Shown one piece after another: positions 42,925 through 60,889 of a DNA stretch of 64,000 bases. The position numbers were made by a program, and so were the translations under genes. The DNA comes from the human T2T-CHM13v2.0 reference genome, Homo sapiens. Each line of letters opens with the position of its first letter. The stretch's first letter is position 1. The notes under the pieces are model-generated. The model saw only the letters and a program-made list of their open reading frames with translations. It searched no databases and was not told the DNA's origin. The stretch lies in the NCBI RefSeq assembly GCF_009914755.1, contig NC_060930.1. One strand, written 5' to 3'.

Positions 42925-44130
42925 TTCAACCACCATTTCTTGAGTATTTACTATATAACAAGCATTCGGAATATAAAGATGAAAAATTGTGTGGAACAGG
43001 AGCCACATACATAAGGGGATAATTCCAAATAAAGTAGTACTTGCTATGAGAGGAGTGTGTCCAGAATGGTGCAAGAGCTCTGAGGGGGACGTTTACTAAA
43101 TCTGGGATTTATAGCAAAGGAATACAGTGGGATCAGTGGGTAGAAAATTACTAAGAGGAAACATCAAGGATAGACGGCCAGAGAGTTTCTGGCCAAACTG
43201 ACTTGATGGGGTTAGACATGAAGAAGACAAAGTGCAAGATGAGTACTAAAGACTAAAGAACAAGCAAGAATTAGGTCTGAGATGAAGCAAGATTCCAAGC
43301 AGAGAGATCCACTTCAGCAGTGGCTCATGGCACAAGATAACATGTTTAGTGGGAGAATAAAATTCAGTGTGACATTATTATAAAGTGCAAAGTGGGAAAT
43401 GGCAGGAGCTGCAGGTTGAGGCCGGGTTCAAAGAAGGAATGTTTTTGCCATGCTGATGAATTTGAACTTTATTATAGAAGCAAAGTATTTCAATATACTG
43501 AAGTATTTTAATTGCTGGAGTAAAACTGTCAGATTTGCAACTTAAATGAGCCCATTTGGCAATGATGTGAGACAAAAGAAGAAACAGGGAGCCTGGCTCA
43601 GGGGTTACTAATAGAAACCAATCAAAAAGAGGTTAGTGCCTGGACTGGGGCAGTGTTAGTATGGGTTGAGAGGAGGAGCACATTCGAGAAATATAGGATG
43701 TAAGATAGGCAAAATTTAGCAACTGATTAGACTTAGTGATGCAAGAATATGATAAATCTAGAGTAACCCATAGATTTCTGGCCTAGACAAGTGATGTCAT
43801 CAATTGCTGATATGGGAAAGGCAGAAGGAGAACCAGGTTTGGGCATGGTAAAGATGAAGAATTCGGTTCTGAACATGTTGAAGAGAGGAACCTGTAGGTA
43901 ATCTATTTGGAGATTTCCAGAAAGAAGTTATATATGGTCCTGAAACTTAGGGGGGAAATGGGGCCAAGTACTTGTACATCAGGGTACAAGTAGTGGTTAA
44001 AAATAAGTAGAAAAGCATATGGATTAAAAAGCATGGATCCAAGTGGAACCATCAAAAGACCAAAATTTTCCAGCAATGAGAAGAAGAGGAGTAAATTACA
44101 AAGGAGACCAAGAAGGAACTGTCAGGAAGA
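42925..44130 (-). mobile_element. L2 fragments containing a 111-bp MER31-derived insert at 43104-43214
   Basis: ATTCAACCACCATTTCTTGAG, TAGATTTCTGGCCTAGACAA, TTCGGTTCTGAACATGTTGA. Confidence 0.65.
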
Positions 44131-44648
44131 GGACTCATTTCCCATAAATTACTTATGAAAAAAATGAATAAATATGGTCTGGATTAAAGGGCAATTAGAC
44201 AAATTGGAGCTAGTTGAATTAGCATATCTAAATGCCTAGTGTCATCCTGCAGGGAGGACCCTATAGGAGAGAAGCAAGACCCTTTATTGTATCTGCCATT
44301 TCAATCAATGCCATAGGTAAAAGACAGGCTCTTTAAAAGTTTGGATGAAGTGAAGCTGAGAGGAATAGAAAATACACTAGATAAAAGAATTAGATATGAT
44401 GAGGTCTTGACTTGCTAGATCTTGACTAGCTAGAGCCATAGACTCTATCTAATAAAATAAAATTTTTAAAAGATGAAATTTTCAGTGGCACAAGTACAGG
44501 TTGGAGTTAATGTGACTTAGTCATTAACTGCAGAAAGAAAAAATTACAGGAATTAGTTGATAATTAACTTAATATGAGTCAACAGCATGAATTGGCTGCC
44601 AAAAAGAGATGAGTTTGTAATGATTTAATTGAAGCATAGTATCCAGAA

Positions 44649-44827
44649 CAGTGGTTCTTGAACTTAACTACACAGTATAATCACCTGGGGAATTTTTGTA
44701 ACTCCTGCTCTAGTCATTCTCTGTACCAATTAAATCGGAATCTCTGTAGGGGTGGGATCTAGGCATCAGTTATGTTTTAAAAACTCTACAGGTGATTCCA
44801 ATGTGCATCCAATTTTTGAGAACAAGT
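44649..44827. mobile_element. MER5A
   Basis: CAGTGGTTCTTGAACTT...AATCACCTGGG...CAGGTGATTCCAATGTGC...TTGAGAAC. Confidence 0.85.
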
Positions 44828-44842
44828 AAATAGAATCTAGAC

Positions 44843-45597
44843 TGTTAAATAAAAAAATTCAAAACACTTGTTGAAGGCAGTAAGGCAGACTAGATTCAGG
44901 TGAGAAGGGGCATGGCGATAGGTTTAGGGACCACTGCAACAGGCTCTTGCAGTAGGGGAGAGAGATTGGGCTCGACTGTAACTCCAACAAGTAGAAGTGG
45001 GGATTTATAGCCAAAGAACACAGTGGGATCAGTGAGTAAAAAATTACTAAGAGGAAACATCAAGGATAGATGGACAGAGGGTTTCTGGCCAAACTGACTT
45101 GATAGGATTATTGCTGAAAGCAGACCAGGGTGATACAATATCAAGGGTAGTCAGATATGAAAGGTGTGGAATCTCCCCTAAACAGACTTAGGATTCTTGC
45201 TAAAACTAAATTCTTTATTCTTATTTATTTATTTAGAGACAAGGTCTCGCTCTGTCACCCAGGCTGGAGTACAGTGGTACAATCACAGCTCACTGCAGCC
45301 TCAACCTCTGGGCTCAAGCAGTACCTCTTTCTCAGCCTCAAAAGTAGCTGAGACCACAGTCATATGCCACCACACTGAGATAAATTTTAAATTTTTGGTA
45401 GATATGGGGTTGCACTATGTTGCTCAGGCTGGTCTTGAACTCCTCCTGGGCTCAAGCAATCCACCTTCCTTGGACTCCTGAAGCGCTAAGATTATAGGCC
45501 TGAGCCTAAAACTGAATTCTTTAAAGACAGAGAAGGAAGCCCAAATTCAGGCTTACCCAAGCAGAGTAAAGTTTTAGTGAAAGGAGAGTGTTTGTCA
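44843..45597 (-). mobile_element. MER31-like ERV1 solo LTR (split by Alu)
   Basis: TGTTAAA start, GGAGAGTGTTTGTCA end; GAAAATTACTAAGAGGAAACATCAAGG core. Confidence 0.7.
45217..45506 (-). mobile_element. AluJ
   Basis: TSD TAAAACTAAATTCTTT 45201-45216 / TAAAACTGAATTCTTT 45507-45522. Confidence 0.93.
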
Positions 45598-45627
45598 AAA
45601 ACAAGAAATAGAATAATCATTTTTTTT

Positions 45628-46153
45628 TTAGGAAAGCAAAAAATGACTTCCCTCCACCCTTCTAGATTCTTTGGCTGGACTAAAAATTAAATTGATGTAA
45701 GACAGATTAATAGGAGAAAAACCATATTTACTTATATAGGTATGCACAGGAATCCCACAGAATATGAGATTCAAAAAAGAGTCAGATGGATGAGAATTGC
45801 ATAGCTTTGTGAGCTACAGAAAGGAATGGGGTCAGGCTTCTGGGGGCTGGTGGTGACACCAGTTATGGGAGGGTGAGTGGAGGAAATGCATGGTGAATAA
45901 AGGTTGTCTTGTTATAAGGATAAAAAAAGTCTCTCAGGAAGCAGCCCTCTTCCTGATACAGATAGTTTTACTAATGTAGATTTCCTTTATACATGTAAAT
46001 TTCTTTTACAACAGGACAGCTTTTCAGAGCTACTCCTATGTCTGCAGTTTCTTAGAATAACGAGCTCAAAATATGCCAGAGAAGTATATTTTGGGTAGCA
46101 TATTCTGGTCTCCTACAGTCATATTTTGAGGTGGTGTATCCTGAGCCCCAACA
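45628..46153 (-). mobile_element. MER34-like ERV1 LTR
   Basis: GACAGATTAATAGGAGAAAA, end ATATTTTGAGGTGGTGTATCCTGAGCCCCAACA. Confidence 0.7.
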
Positions 46154-46389
46154 ATTTTTAGCTGAGAGGAGGGTACATTAGAATCATCTGGGGTAGTGTT
46201 TTTCAAAACACACATGGCAGAGTCCCTGCTTTCCAAGGTTCTGATAAGCCTTTTGGACTGGGGTTCTGATGCACCACCCTGTTCCACATAGGATGAGAAT
46301 GACTGGTCAAGAATTGCTCTATTCGGCACTGTTCAGACCATACCTAATGTCTTTGAGTTTGACTGCCTCTGTTTTAAAAAGCTGTAGAT

Positions 46390-46697
46390 TAAAAATCTCG
46401 ATTTTGTGGCCACATGCTTTATCTTTGTTTGGTCCTGTTGTTGGGGGGTGGAGGAGGAGCCAAAAAGTAAAATATTGTCAACAGTAAAATTTTAAAATTT
46501 CACATGGTTTTGATTTTCAGATTCTCTTGAAAACTGGTAAGATCTGGCAAATCTGAGCCTACTTTGCTGCTGAAATAATCATTTGGTGCTGAGTAGGTGC
46601 TGTCCTCTTTAGGGAAGGCCTTGTACTCTCCAGCCCTTAGTTCAGTTATTTGTATTTCCAGCCAAGCTCCCATAAATGATTGAGTTGGCTATCCCTG
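46390..46697. mobile_element. MER102-like hAT-Charlie
   Basis: TCTCTTGAAAACTGGTAAGATCTGGCAA...TGAGTTGGCTATCCCTG. Confidence 0.6.
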
Positions 46698-47173
46698 CCA
46701 TATAGACCAAAGGATCAGGCTCTAGGAAAGCAAGCAGGAAGATGGAAAACCTTAAAATCATGTCATTTAAGAAGTGACTTCAAGTAGTTGGGATATTAGA
46801 TAGAAGAGAAAACTCAGGTGGGTTCTTCGCATTCTTGGAGCACTGTCACATAGCAGAGGAACTGGTCTTCTTTGGGCCAAAATAAATAACTAGAACCACG
46901 GGTAGAAACTATAGACAGACAGATCTGGGTTCCATATCCCAGCTACTTTTCAAATAAGCAGAACTGTCTAAAGGGGAAGGGGGTGCGTTTAGAGATAGTA
47001 AGTTCTCAGTTATGGAGATGTGTCAGGCTAAATTCCTGACACCTCTGCAGGGAGAGTGCAGGTTTGGGATAGGCACGGGGATGGCAATTGCAGCTGGCTT
47101 GTGGGTCTAGAACCTGATGCCATTTGACCAGGGGCCCTGGTGTCTCGAACCAAGGGGCAGTTACTGAATCTGC

Positions 47174-47464
47174 TTTTTTTTTTTGAGACCGGGTCTAGCT
47201 CTGTCACCGAGGCTAGAAAGCAGTGGCACCATCTAGGCTTACTGCAACCCCTACCCCCTGGGCTCAAGCGATCCTCCTACCTCGGCCTCCCAAATAGCTG
47301 GGACTACCGGCATGTGCCACTACACCAGGCTAATTTTTGTATTTTTTTGTAGAGACAATTTTGCTATGTTGTCCAGGATGGTCTTGAACTCCTGAATTCA
47401 AGTGATCTTCCCACCTTAGCCTCCCAAAGTGCTAGGATTACAGGCATGAACCATTGCACCTGGC
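47174..47464 (-). mobile_element. AluJb-like
   Basis: Full dimer; TSD TGAATCTGCTTTT / TGAAACTGCTTTT. Confidence 0.93.
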
Positions 47465-47779
47465 TGAAACTGCTTTTAATAAAGTGTTGGATCATAACTA
47501 AAAGGTCATTTTGAGTTCAAATCACCAATCCAAAAATTGCTAGGCAGAGTTAAATGGGACAGGGGTAGGGAGAGCCGTTTGGAGGAGGTGGTGGTGAGAG
47601 GGTGATCTGGAGCAGTTCTTGAGCTTAGGAGACTAAATAGAAGGCATGAGGTGGTGTTGGTAAAACTAACCCAAGTCTTTCCATCCTAGGAACAGTTGGG
47701 CCAGGAATGCTAAAGAACCAGCTGGCCCTGAGGTGGAATGTGGGGGATACCCAAGCATTATATGAGAATGTGTGCATAA

Positions 47780-47990
47780 AATGGTAGACAAGAGTATGTG
47801 TCGTTCTGGAGTTGGACTTCCTGAGTTCAGAATCCACTATTTAGTCTGTCTGTGCTTTAGTTTGTTTATTTGTAAGATGAGGGAATGAATGCTGCATCAT
47901 AAAGTAGAATTGTGAGGATCAAGTGACATAACCCATGTAAAATTCTTATAAAAGTGTTTGAAACAATATTAATGACTGCATAATATGCAA
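47780..47990 (+). mobile_element. MIR
   Basis: TTTAGTTTGTTTATTTGTAAGATGAG...TTGTGAGGATCAAGTGA. Confidence 0.7.
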
Positions 47991-48270
47991 TTACATAAAT
48001 ACATTATAATATATTGCAACAATTTTATTATATGGCATTTAGGTTGATCCCAATTCTAGTTGTTATTGCAAGTTTGATTGTTTTAATATACTGACAAAAA
48101 TGCTTAAGAGTCATATTAATTAACATTTGTAAAAAAATAAAATTAGTAATACTTTCCCAGATTAAAGGGACCAGGTAATGCAGAACTCCCTTCCTCTGTA
48201 TGGCTAGTGATCTAGCACTTAGATGCCAGCTCACTGGTCTAGCACATCATTTAGAAACTAAGAATAATGC

Positions 48271-48335
48271 GGATCGCGCCACCGCCCTCCAGCCTGGGTG
48301 ACAGAGCGAGACTCCATCTCAAAAAAAAAAAAAAA
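48271..48335 (+). mobile_element. Alu 3'-terminal fragment plus A15, fused to the L1 5' end
   Basis: GATCGCGCCACCGCCCTCCAGCCTGGGTGACAGAGCGAGACTCCATCTC(A)15. Confidence 0.93.
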
Positions 48336-49363
48336 GGAAGGTGGGTCCAAAATGGCCGAATAGGAACAGCTCCAGTCTACAGCTCCCAGCGTGAGCGATG
48401 CAGAAGACGGGTGATTTCTGCATTTCCAACTGAGGTACCGGATTCGTCTCACTGGGGCTTGTTGGACAGTGGGTGCAGGACAGTGGGTGCAGCCCACCGA
48501 GCGTGAGCCAAAGCAGGGCGAGGCATCGCCTCACCCAGGAAGTGCAAGGGGTCAGGGAATTCCCTTTCCTAGCCAAGGGAAGCTGTGACAGAGAGCATCT
48601 GGATACTCGGGTCACTCCCACCCTAATACTGCGCTTTTCCAATGGTCTTAGCAAATGGCACACCAGGAGATTATATCCTGTTCCTGGCTTGGAGGGTCCC
48701 ACACCCAAGGAGCCTCACTCATTGCTAGCACAGCAGTCTGAGATCGAACTGCAAGGCAGCAGTGAGGCTGGGGAAGGGGTGCCTGCCATTGCTGAGGCTT
48801 GAGTAGGTAAACAGAGCAGCCAGGAAGCTTGAACTGGGTGGAGCCCACCACAGCTCAAGGAGGCCTGCCTGCCTCTGTAGACTCCACCTCTGGGGGCAAG
48901 GCATAGCCAAACAAAAGGCAGCAGAAACCTCTGCAGACTTAAATGTCCCTGTCTGACAGCTTTGAAGAGAGTAGTGGTTCTCCCAGCATGGAGTTTGAGA
49001 TCTGAGAATGGACAGACTGCCTCCTGAAATGGGTCCCTGACCCCCGAGTAGCCTAACTGGGAGGCACCTCCCAGTAGGGGCAGACTGACACCTCACACAG
49101 CTGTGTACCCCTCTGAGATGAAGTTTCCAGAGGAACGATAAGGCAGCAACATTTGCTGTTCAGCAATATTCGCTCTTCTGCAGGCTCCACTGCTGATACC
49201 CAGGAAAACAGGGTCTGGAGTGCACTTCCAGCAAACTCCAACAGACCTGCAGATGAGGGTCCTGACTGTTAGAAGGAAAACTAACAAACAGAAAGGACAT
49301 CCACACCAAACCCCATCTGTACATCACCATCATCAAAGACCAAAGATAGATAAAACCACAAAG

Positions 49364-50362
49364 ATGGGGAAAAAACAGAGCAGAAAAGCTGAAAATTCTG
49401 AAATTCAGAGCGCATCTCCTCCTCCAGAGGAACACAGCTCCTCGCCAGCAATGGAACAAAGCTGGATGGAGAATGACTTTGACGAGTTGAGAGAAGAAGG
49501 CTTCGAGCTCAAGGAGGAAGTTCAAAACCATTGCAAAGAAGCTAAAAACCTTGAAAAAAGATTAGACAAATGGCTAACAAGAGTAACTAGCATAAAGAAG
49601 TCATTAAATGACCTGATGGAGCTGAAAACCATGGGACGAGAACTACATGACAAATGCAGAAGCTTCAGTAGCCAACTCAATCAACTGGAAGAAAGGGTAT
49701 CACTGATTGAAGATAAAATGAATGAAATTAAGTGAGAAGAGAAGTTTAGAGAAAAAAGAGTAAAAAGAAATGAACAAAACCTCCAAGAAATACGGGACTA
49801 TGTGAAAAGACCAAATCTACGTCTGATTGGTGTACCTGAAAGTGATGGGGAGAATGGAACCAAGTTGGAAAACACTCTGCAGGATATTATCCAGAAGAAT
49901 TTCCCCAATCTAGCAAGGCAGGCCAACATTCAGATTCATGAAATACAGAGAATGCCACAAAGATATTCCTCAAGAAGAGCAACTCCAAGACACATAATTG
50001 TCAGATTCACCAAAGTTGAAATGAAGGAAAAAATGTTAAGGGCAGCCAGAGAGAAAGGTCGGGTTACCCACAAAGGGAAGCCCATTAGACTAACAGCTGA
50101 TCTCTTGTCACAAACTCTACAAGCCAGAAGAGAGTGGGGGCCAATATTCAATATTCTTCAAGAAAAGAATTTTCAACCCAGAATTTCATATCCAGCCAAA
50201 CTAAGCTTCATAAGTGAAGGAGAAATAAATTCCTTTACAGACAAGCAAATGCTGAGAGATTTTGTCACCACCAGGCCTCCCCTACAAGAGCTCCTGAAGG
50301 AAGCACTAAACATGGAAAGGAACAAGCGGTACCAGCCACTGCAAAAACATGCCGAATTGTAA
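49364..50362 (+). pseudogene. ORF1: L1 ORF1, disrupted
   Basis: MGKKQSRKAENSE start; TGA at 49733-49735; small deletion near 49505. Confidence 0.95.
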
Positions 50363-50425
50363 ACACCATCGATGCTAGGAAGAAACTGCGTCAACTAAAG
50401 AGCAAAATAACCAGCTAACATCATA

Positions 50426-54247
<3,822 letters not shown>

Positions 54248-54453
54248 ACAATGAGAACACATGGACACAGGAAGGGGAACATCGCACATTGTGGCCTGTC
54301 TTGCGATGGAGGGAAGGGAGAGGGATAGCATTAGCAGATATACCTAATGTAAATGACAAGTTAATGGGTGCAGCTCACCAACATGGCACATGTATACATA
54401 TGCTACAAACCTGCACGTTGTGCACATGTACCCTAGAACTTAAAGTATAATAA

Positions 54454-54909
<456 letters not shown>

Positions 54910-54919
54910 TAGTCTCAAA

Positions 54920-55556
54920 ACCTAGTCATAAACAGACAATTAAAACTGATGCAGGAAAATTTATAGATCACTGCATCCAACAAAAGCAAAGTATATATTC
55001 TTTTCAAGTTGTATACAAGATATTTACCAAGGCAGACTACAGATTGGGCCATTAAAATGTCTCAATACATTTAAAAGTATTCAGGTTGCACAAAGTATAT
55101 TCTCTGACCACAATGGAATTAAATTAGATATCAGTAACAGAAAGATAGGCAAAATATCTGTAAATATTTTGCTGGCATCAACACACTTCTCAATAATTCA
55201 TAGGTTACAGAAATCAAAACAGATATAAGAAAGTATTTTTAACTTATTGAAGATGAAAACACAACATATGAAAATTTGTGGGATGCTTTTAAAGCAATAC
55301 TTATGGGGAAAATTTATACCACTAAACATCTATGTTAGAAAAGAAGGAAGGCCTCGAATTAATGTAAAGGATGTAGAATTGCTAAAACCATTTTTAAAAA
55401 GAACAAAGGTAGAGAACTAACACTACCTAGTTTCAAGACTTATAAAGCTACAGTTAATCAACACTGTGGGATGACACAAACATTGTTATCCGTAGAATAC
55501 AAAATGAATAAATTAGGGTCCATCAAAATTAATAACTTTTGCTCTTTGAAAGACAC
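54920..55556 (+). mobile_element. Old L1M ORF2 fragments (resume at about 62690)
   Basis: TTCTCTGACCACAATGGAATTAAATTAGA, CACTACCTAGTTTCAAGACTTATAAAGCTACAG. Confidence 0.8.
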
Positions 55557-56151
55557 TGTAGGGGCCAAGGGAAAACGTCCCCTATTCTCCCTGAAGGTTT
55601 GCTGAAAATCAACTGACAAAAGGCAGAATAGGAGAAAAAGCATACAGAATTCATTTTAGCGTGCATAGCACAGGGAAATCTCAGCAGAAGAGTTATCCAA
55701 TAACCCAATGAGTTACAGATGCTTATATATGCTTCTTCATAGGGGAAGAAAGAGAAAGGGAATGTGGGTGATTTTAAGAGGGATAGTAAATGATTTTTAA
55801 GGGAATTCAATGTGATTGGAGAATATGCAATGGCCTAGGACAAAGTCTGTTGGGCCTGCAGAGCAGTGTGACAAAAGTCTGTTGTGTTGAGAGACTTCAG
55901 TCTTTCTTTCTGCAGTAGGAGTTCAGTTAAAGAAAACTCAGGGAAGGCAATATTGTTGGTTTTTGGCAGGTCTGGGTTCTAGGTAGATAAGAGAATTTTG
56001 GAGATCAACTTCATCCTGTGCTTTGGGAGAGAGGGGGATTTAGAGACTAGGGATGGGGTGGAGGGGAGGTCAGAGAGACCCTGACGCTGCTTTTTTGAGT
56101 CTGGCATTTCAAAATGCCATATTTTGGAGTAGCAATTTATGAGCTCCAACA
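55557..56151 (-). mobile_element. MER39-like ERV1 LTR
   Basis: TGTAGGGGCCAAGGGAAAAC...AATCAACTGACAAAAGGCAG; end GAGCTCCAACA. Confidence 0.75.
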
Positions 56152-56994
56152 TTTGCCTGTCTGAAGCTTCCCTGGAAGTTTCACACACTAAAAGCCGGGT
56201 TGGTAGCTATGGAAAGAAAATTCAGTTAGTAGCTGAATAGCAAAGGATCCCATTGAACAAGTCTCTTATTTCTGGGAATAGGCCAGTCCAATTGAACAGT
56301 TGTGTCTCATTTTAGAAGATGGCATTGCAGATGGGCTCTCAAAGCTATGTCTGTATATATGATGCAGGCAAACAGATCTTTAATATGAGGCATTTTTATG
56401 TAAACAGAAGAAAAACTAAGGTCAGTGTCTGGAGCAGTCTACAAACCAGTCCTAGTATCTGGAGGGCAGTCAGCTAAGAAGGCTAAAGGCAAACTGACAG
56501 ATTTTATTGGATCATAGTTTGTGTGTAAAGTTTGTCCAAATATAAGTTGTTACAATGATTGTTTTTTAAAGCCAAGTTGACTAGCTTCAACTTGTAAAGC
56601 TTCAGGAAAAAGGCAGTTTTAATTTCAATGCATCCAAGTCAGAAAAATGGGAGGAAAATTTGGACCTGTTAATTTGGAAACTTGTAGCCAGGAAAAAAAA
56701 AAATGAGAATTCGGTCCAAATCATAGGCAAATAATAAAAACTCAAAAACAACGAATAAGGCTAGAATCTAATGACAGATGGACTATAGTTTTCTTCTGAA
56801 ATATAATTTTTCTCTCTGATTTCCTATTTCTACCAAAGATATTTATGACAAAACTAATTTGTAATTCCTTTAGTTTCATTAATTTGGCCTGATTATTTGT
56901 ATAAAGTGCAGTAAAAACAGTGATTTTTTTCATATAGGCCCTTTTAAAGTTGGCTTTGCTGGAACTTTTCATAAGTAATCTCAGATTAGACTTT

Positions 56995-59754
56995 AAAAAA
57001 AATTTAGATCCAGGGGATACATGTGTAGGTTTGTTACATGGGTACATTGTGTGAGGCTGAGGTGAACACAGTATCTAGTAAGTAATTTTTCAACAGTTTC
57101 TCACTCACTCCCTCCTCCTTTTGGAATCACTAGTGTTTATTGCTTCCATCTTTGTATGTGTGTGTACTCAATGTTTAGTTTCCACTTACAAGTGATAACA
57201 TGCAGTATTTGGTTTTCTGTTCCTGCATTAATGTGCTTAGGATAATGGCCTCCAGATCCATCCACATTGCTGCAAAGGACATGATTTCATTATTTTTTAT
57301 GGCTGCATAGTATTTCATGGTGTATAAGTACCAACAACAGTGGATTTTCAATATCCAATCCATTGTTAATGGGCACCTGGGTTGATTACATGTCTTTGCA
57401 TGTAGTGCTGTGATAAATATACAAGTGCAAGTGTAGAATGATTTTTTTTGGTAGAATGATTTCTTTTCCTTTAGGTATATACACAGTAATGGGATTGCTG
57501 GGTCGAATGGTAACTCTGTTTTTAGTTCTTTGAGAAATATCCAAACTACTTTCCACAGTGGCTGAACTAATTTGCATTCACAACAGTGTGTAAGCATTCC
57601 TGTTTCTCTGCAACCTCACCAACTTCTGTTATTTTTTGACTTTATAATAATAGTCATTTTGAGGGATGTGAGAGGGTATCACATTGAGGTTTTGATTTAC
57701 ATCTCTCTGATGATTAGTGATATTAGGCATTTTTCATGTTTTTTGGCCACTTGTATGTCTTCTTTTTGAGAAGTGTCTGCTCATGGCCTTTGCCCACTTT
57801 TTAATGAGGTTGTTTTTTTCCTTGTTGTTTTAAGTTTCTTGTAGATTATGGGTATTAGTCCTTTGTCAGATGCATAGTTGCAAATATTTTCCCCCATTCT
57901 GTAGATTGTCTCTTTCCTCTTGATAGTTTATTTTGCTGTGCAGAAGCTCTTTAGTTTAGTTAGGTCCCAATTATCAATTTTTGGTTTTTTTCATTTTCTT
58001 TTGAGGACTTAGTCATAAATTATTTGCCTAAGCCAATGTCTAGAAGAATATTTCCTTGGTTTTCTTCCAGGGTTTTTATAGTTTGAGGTCTTACATTTAA
58101 GTCTTTAGTTAAAAATTCAGTCTTGAGTTAACTTTTATACGGTGAGACATAGGGGTCCAGTTTTATTCTTCTGTGTATGATTGGCCAGTTTTCCCAGTGG
58201 CACTGTTTATTTTTGTCAACTTTGTCAAAATTCAGTTGGTTGTAGGTGTGAAGCTTTATTTCAAGGGTCTTCATTCTGTTCCATTGGCCTTGTGTCTATT
58301 TTTGTACAAGTACCGTTCTGTTTCAGTTACTATAGACTTGTAGTATTGTTTGAAGTTGAGTAATGTGATGCCTCTGGCTTTGTTCTTTTTGCTTAGGATT
58401 GCTTTGGCTACCTAGGCTCTTTTTTTGTTCTATATGAATTTTAGAATTGTATTTTTTCCTAATTCTGTGAAAAATGACATTGGTAATTTGATAGGAACAG
58501 AGCTGAATCTATAGATTGCTTTGGGCAGTATGGCCATTTTAACGATATTGATTCTTCCAATCCATGAGCATGAAATACTTTTCCATTTGTTTGTGTCATC
58601 TATGATTTCTTTCACCAGTGTTTTACAGTTCTCATTGTAGAAATCTTTCACCTTCTTGGTTAGATGTATTCCTAGTAATTTTATTTGTTGTGCAGCAATT
58701 ATAAATGGGATTGCATTCTTGATGTGGTTCTCAGCTTGATTATTATAGGTGCACAGAAATGCTAGCAATTTTTGTACATTGATTTTTGTATTTTGAGACT
58801 TTGCTGAAGTCATTTATCAGGCCTAGGAGACTTTTGGCACACTCTAGGGCTTTCTTGGTATAGAAGCATATCATCAGCAAGGAGAGATAACGTGACTTCT
58901 TTTTTTCCTATTTGGATGCTTTTTACTTCTTTCACTTTCTTGATTGCTCTGGCTAGGACCTCTAGTACTATGTTGTGGAGTGGTGAGAGTAGACATCCTT
59001 GCCTTGCTCCAGTTCTTAGGGGAAATGCTTCCAGCTTTTGCCTGTTCAGTATTATGTTGGCTGTGGCTTTGTCACAGGTGTCTCTTGTTATTTTAAGGTA
59101 TGTTTCTTCGATGCTTAGTTTGTTAAGCGTTTTTATATGAAGATATATTGGATTCTATAAAATACTTTTTCTGCATCTGTTGAAATGATCATATGGTTTT
59201 TGTTTTTAATTTCGTTTATGTGGTGAATCACATTTATTGATTTGCATACGTTGAACTATCCTTGCATCCCAGGAATAAAGCCCAGTTGATTGTGGTGAAT
59301 TAACTTTTTGATTTGCTGCTGGATTCTGTTTGCTAATAGTCTGTTAAAGATTTTTGCATCTATGTTCATCAGGGATATTGGCCTGTAGTGTTTTTTCTTT
59401 GTTGCATATTTGCCAGATTTTGGTATCAGGATTATATTGGTTTTGTAGAATGTGTTAGGAAAGAGTCTCTCCTCAATTTTTTGGAATAGTTTCAGCAGGA
59501 TTGGTAGCAGCACTTCTTTGTATGTCTGGTAGAATTCAGCTGTGAAACCATCTGGTGCAGGGCTTTTTCTGGTTGGTTGGTGTTTTATTACTGATTTGAT
59601 TTTATTACTCATTATTGATCTGTTCAGGATTTCTGTTTCTTCTTGTTTCATTCTTGGGAGGTTGTATGTTTCCAGGAATTGATTCATTTCTTCTAGATTT
59701 TCTAGCTTGTGTGCATAAATATGCTCATAGTAGTCTCTGAGGATCTTTTGTATT
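56995..59754 (-). mobile_element. L1PA16-like, 5'-truncated
   Basis: ORF2 fragments in the ORF track; perfect 14-bp TSD TCAGATTAGACTTT 56981-56994 / 59755-59768. Confidence 0.92.
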
Positions 59755-60227
59755 TCAGATTAGACTTTCAGAAGCCTTTCAGGACAAGGAAAGCCAAACC
59801 AAAGATTTGATTCACCCTCAGACTTTGTCACCCTCAGGAATTGGGTGAATCCCTCTCTTCTTGAGGTCCTCGAAATATCTCGAGGTTCCTGGGCCTGTCA
59901 GAAAGTGACATTTTTTACTTACTCTAAGATGACCATGTGAACCATATATTTAAGTTATCTGTCTGGTTTTTCCAAGGGTTTCTATTGGCTTCATAATGGC
60001 AACCTCAGTTTCTTAAAGCTGGCTGGTCATATCTGAAAATATGACATTCCAGTCATAACCTTGGTAAAATAACCAGTATTTCCAGTTGTGTTCCAATTGT
60101 GTTTACAAAAAGAACAGGTTTTCATTGAACTTACACAAGAAACTATCATGCCATGAAATAAGAATATGCAGCAATAGTTTCTGAAATCTAGTGAGATTAG
60201 GTAGAGAAAAGGTAAATATTTAAATAT

Positions 60228-60889
60228 TGTATACTCCATTCTTACACTGCTATGAAGAAATACCCAAGACTGGGTAATTTATAAAGAAAAGAGGTTTAAT
60301 TGACTTGACTCTTTTTTTTTTTTTTTGGAGACAGAGTCTCATTCTGTCACCCAGGTTGGAGTGCAGTGCTGCGATCTCAGCTCACCGCAACCTCCACCTC
60401 TGGATTCAAACAATTCTCTTGCCTCAGCCTCTTGAGTAGCTGGGACTACAGGCATGTGCCACCATGCCCAGCTAATTTTTTGTATGTTAGTAGAGACGGG
60501 GTTTCACCGTGTTGCCTAGGCTGGTCTTGAACTCCTGAGCTCAGGTAGTCTGCCCGCCTCGGCCTCCCAAAGTGTTGGGACTCTTTAATTGACACAGTTC
60601 TGCAGGGCTAGGGAGGCCTCAGGGAACTTACAATCATGGCAGAAGGGGAAGCAAACATGTCCCCTTCACATGGTGGCAGAAAGGAGAAATGATGAGCAAG
60701 GGAGGAAAAGCCCCTTATAAAACCATCAGATCTTGTGATAACTCACTCACTATCATTAGAACAGCAGCATGAGGGTAACTGTCCCCATGATTCAATTACC
60801 TCCCATTGCATCCCTTTCATGACACGTGGGGATTATGTGAACTACAATTCAAGATGAGATTTGGGTAGGGACACAGCCAAACCATATCA
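60228..60889 (-). mobile_element. THE1 (C-like) MaLR solo LTR, split by Alu
   Basis: ACTGGGTAATTTATAAAGAAAAGAGGTTTAATTGAC...ACACAGCCAAACCATATCA; 5-bp TSD AATAT 60223-60227 / 60890-60894. Confidence 0.93.
60311..60580 (-). mobile_element. AluS, slightly 5'-truncated
   Basis: T-tail, both arms, ends at CCCAAAGTGTTGGGA; short TSD GACTCTTT. Confidence 0.92.

Larger units (their letters stand above)
44400..47060 (+). mobile_element. Fragmented L3/CR1 hosting MER5A, MER31, MER34-like and MER102-like insertions
   Basis: CTTAATATGAGTCAACAG...GCTGCCAAAAA (44568), GTTCAGACCATACCT (46331), 3' region 46700-47060. Confidence 0.5.
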
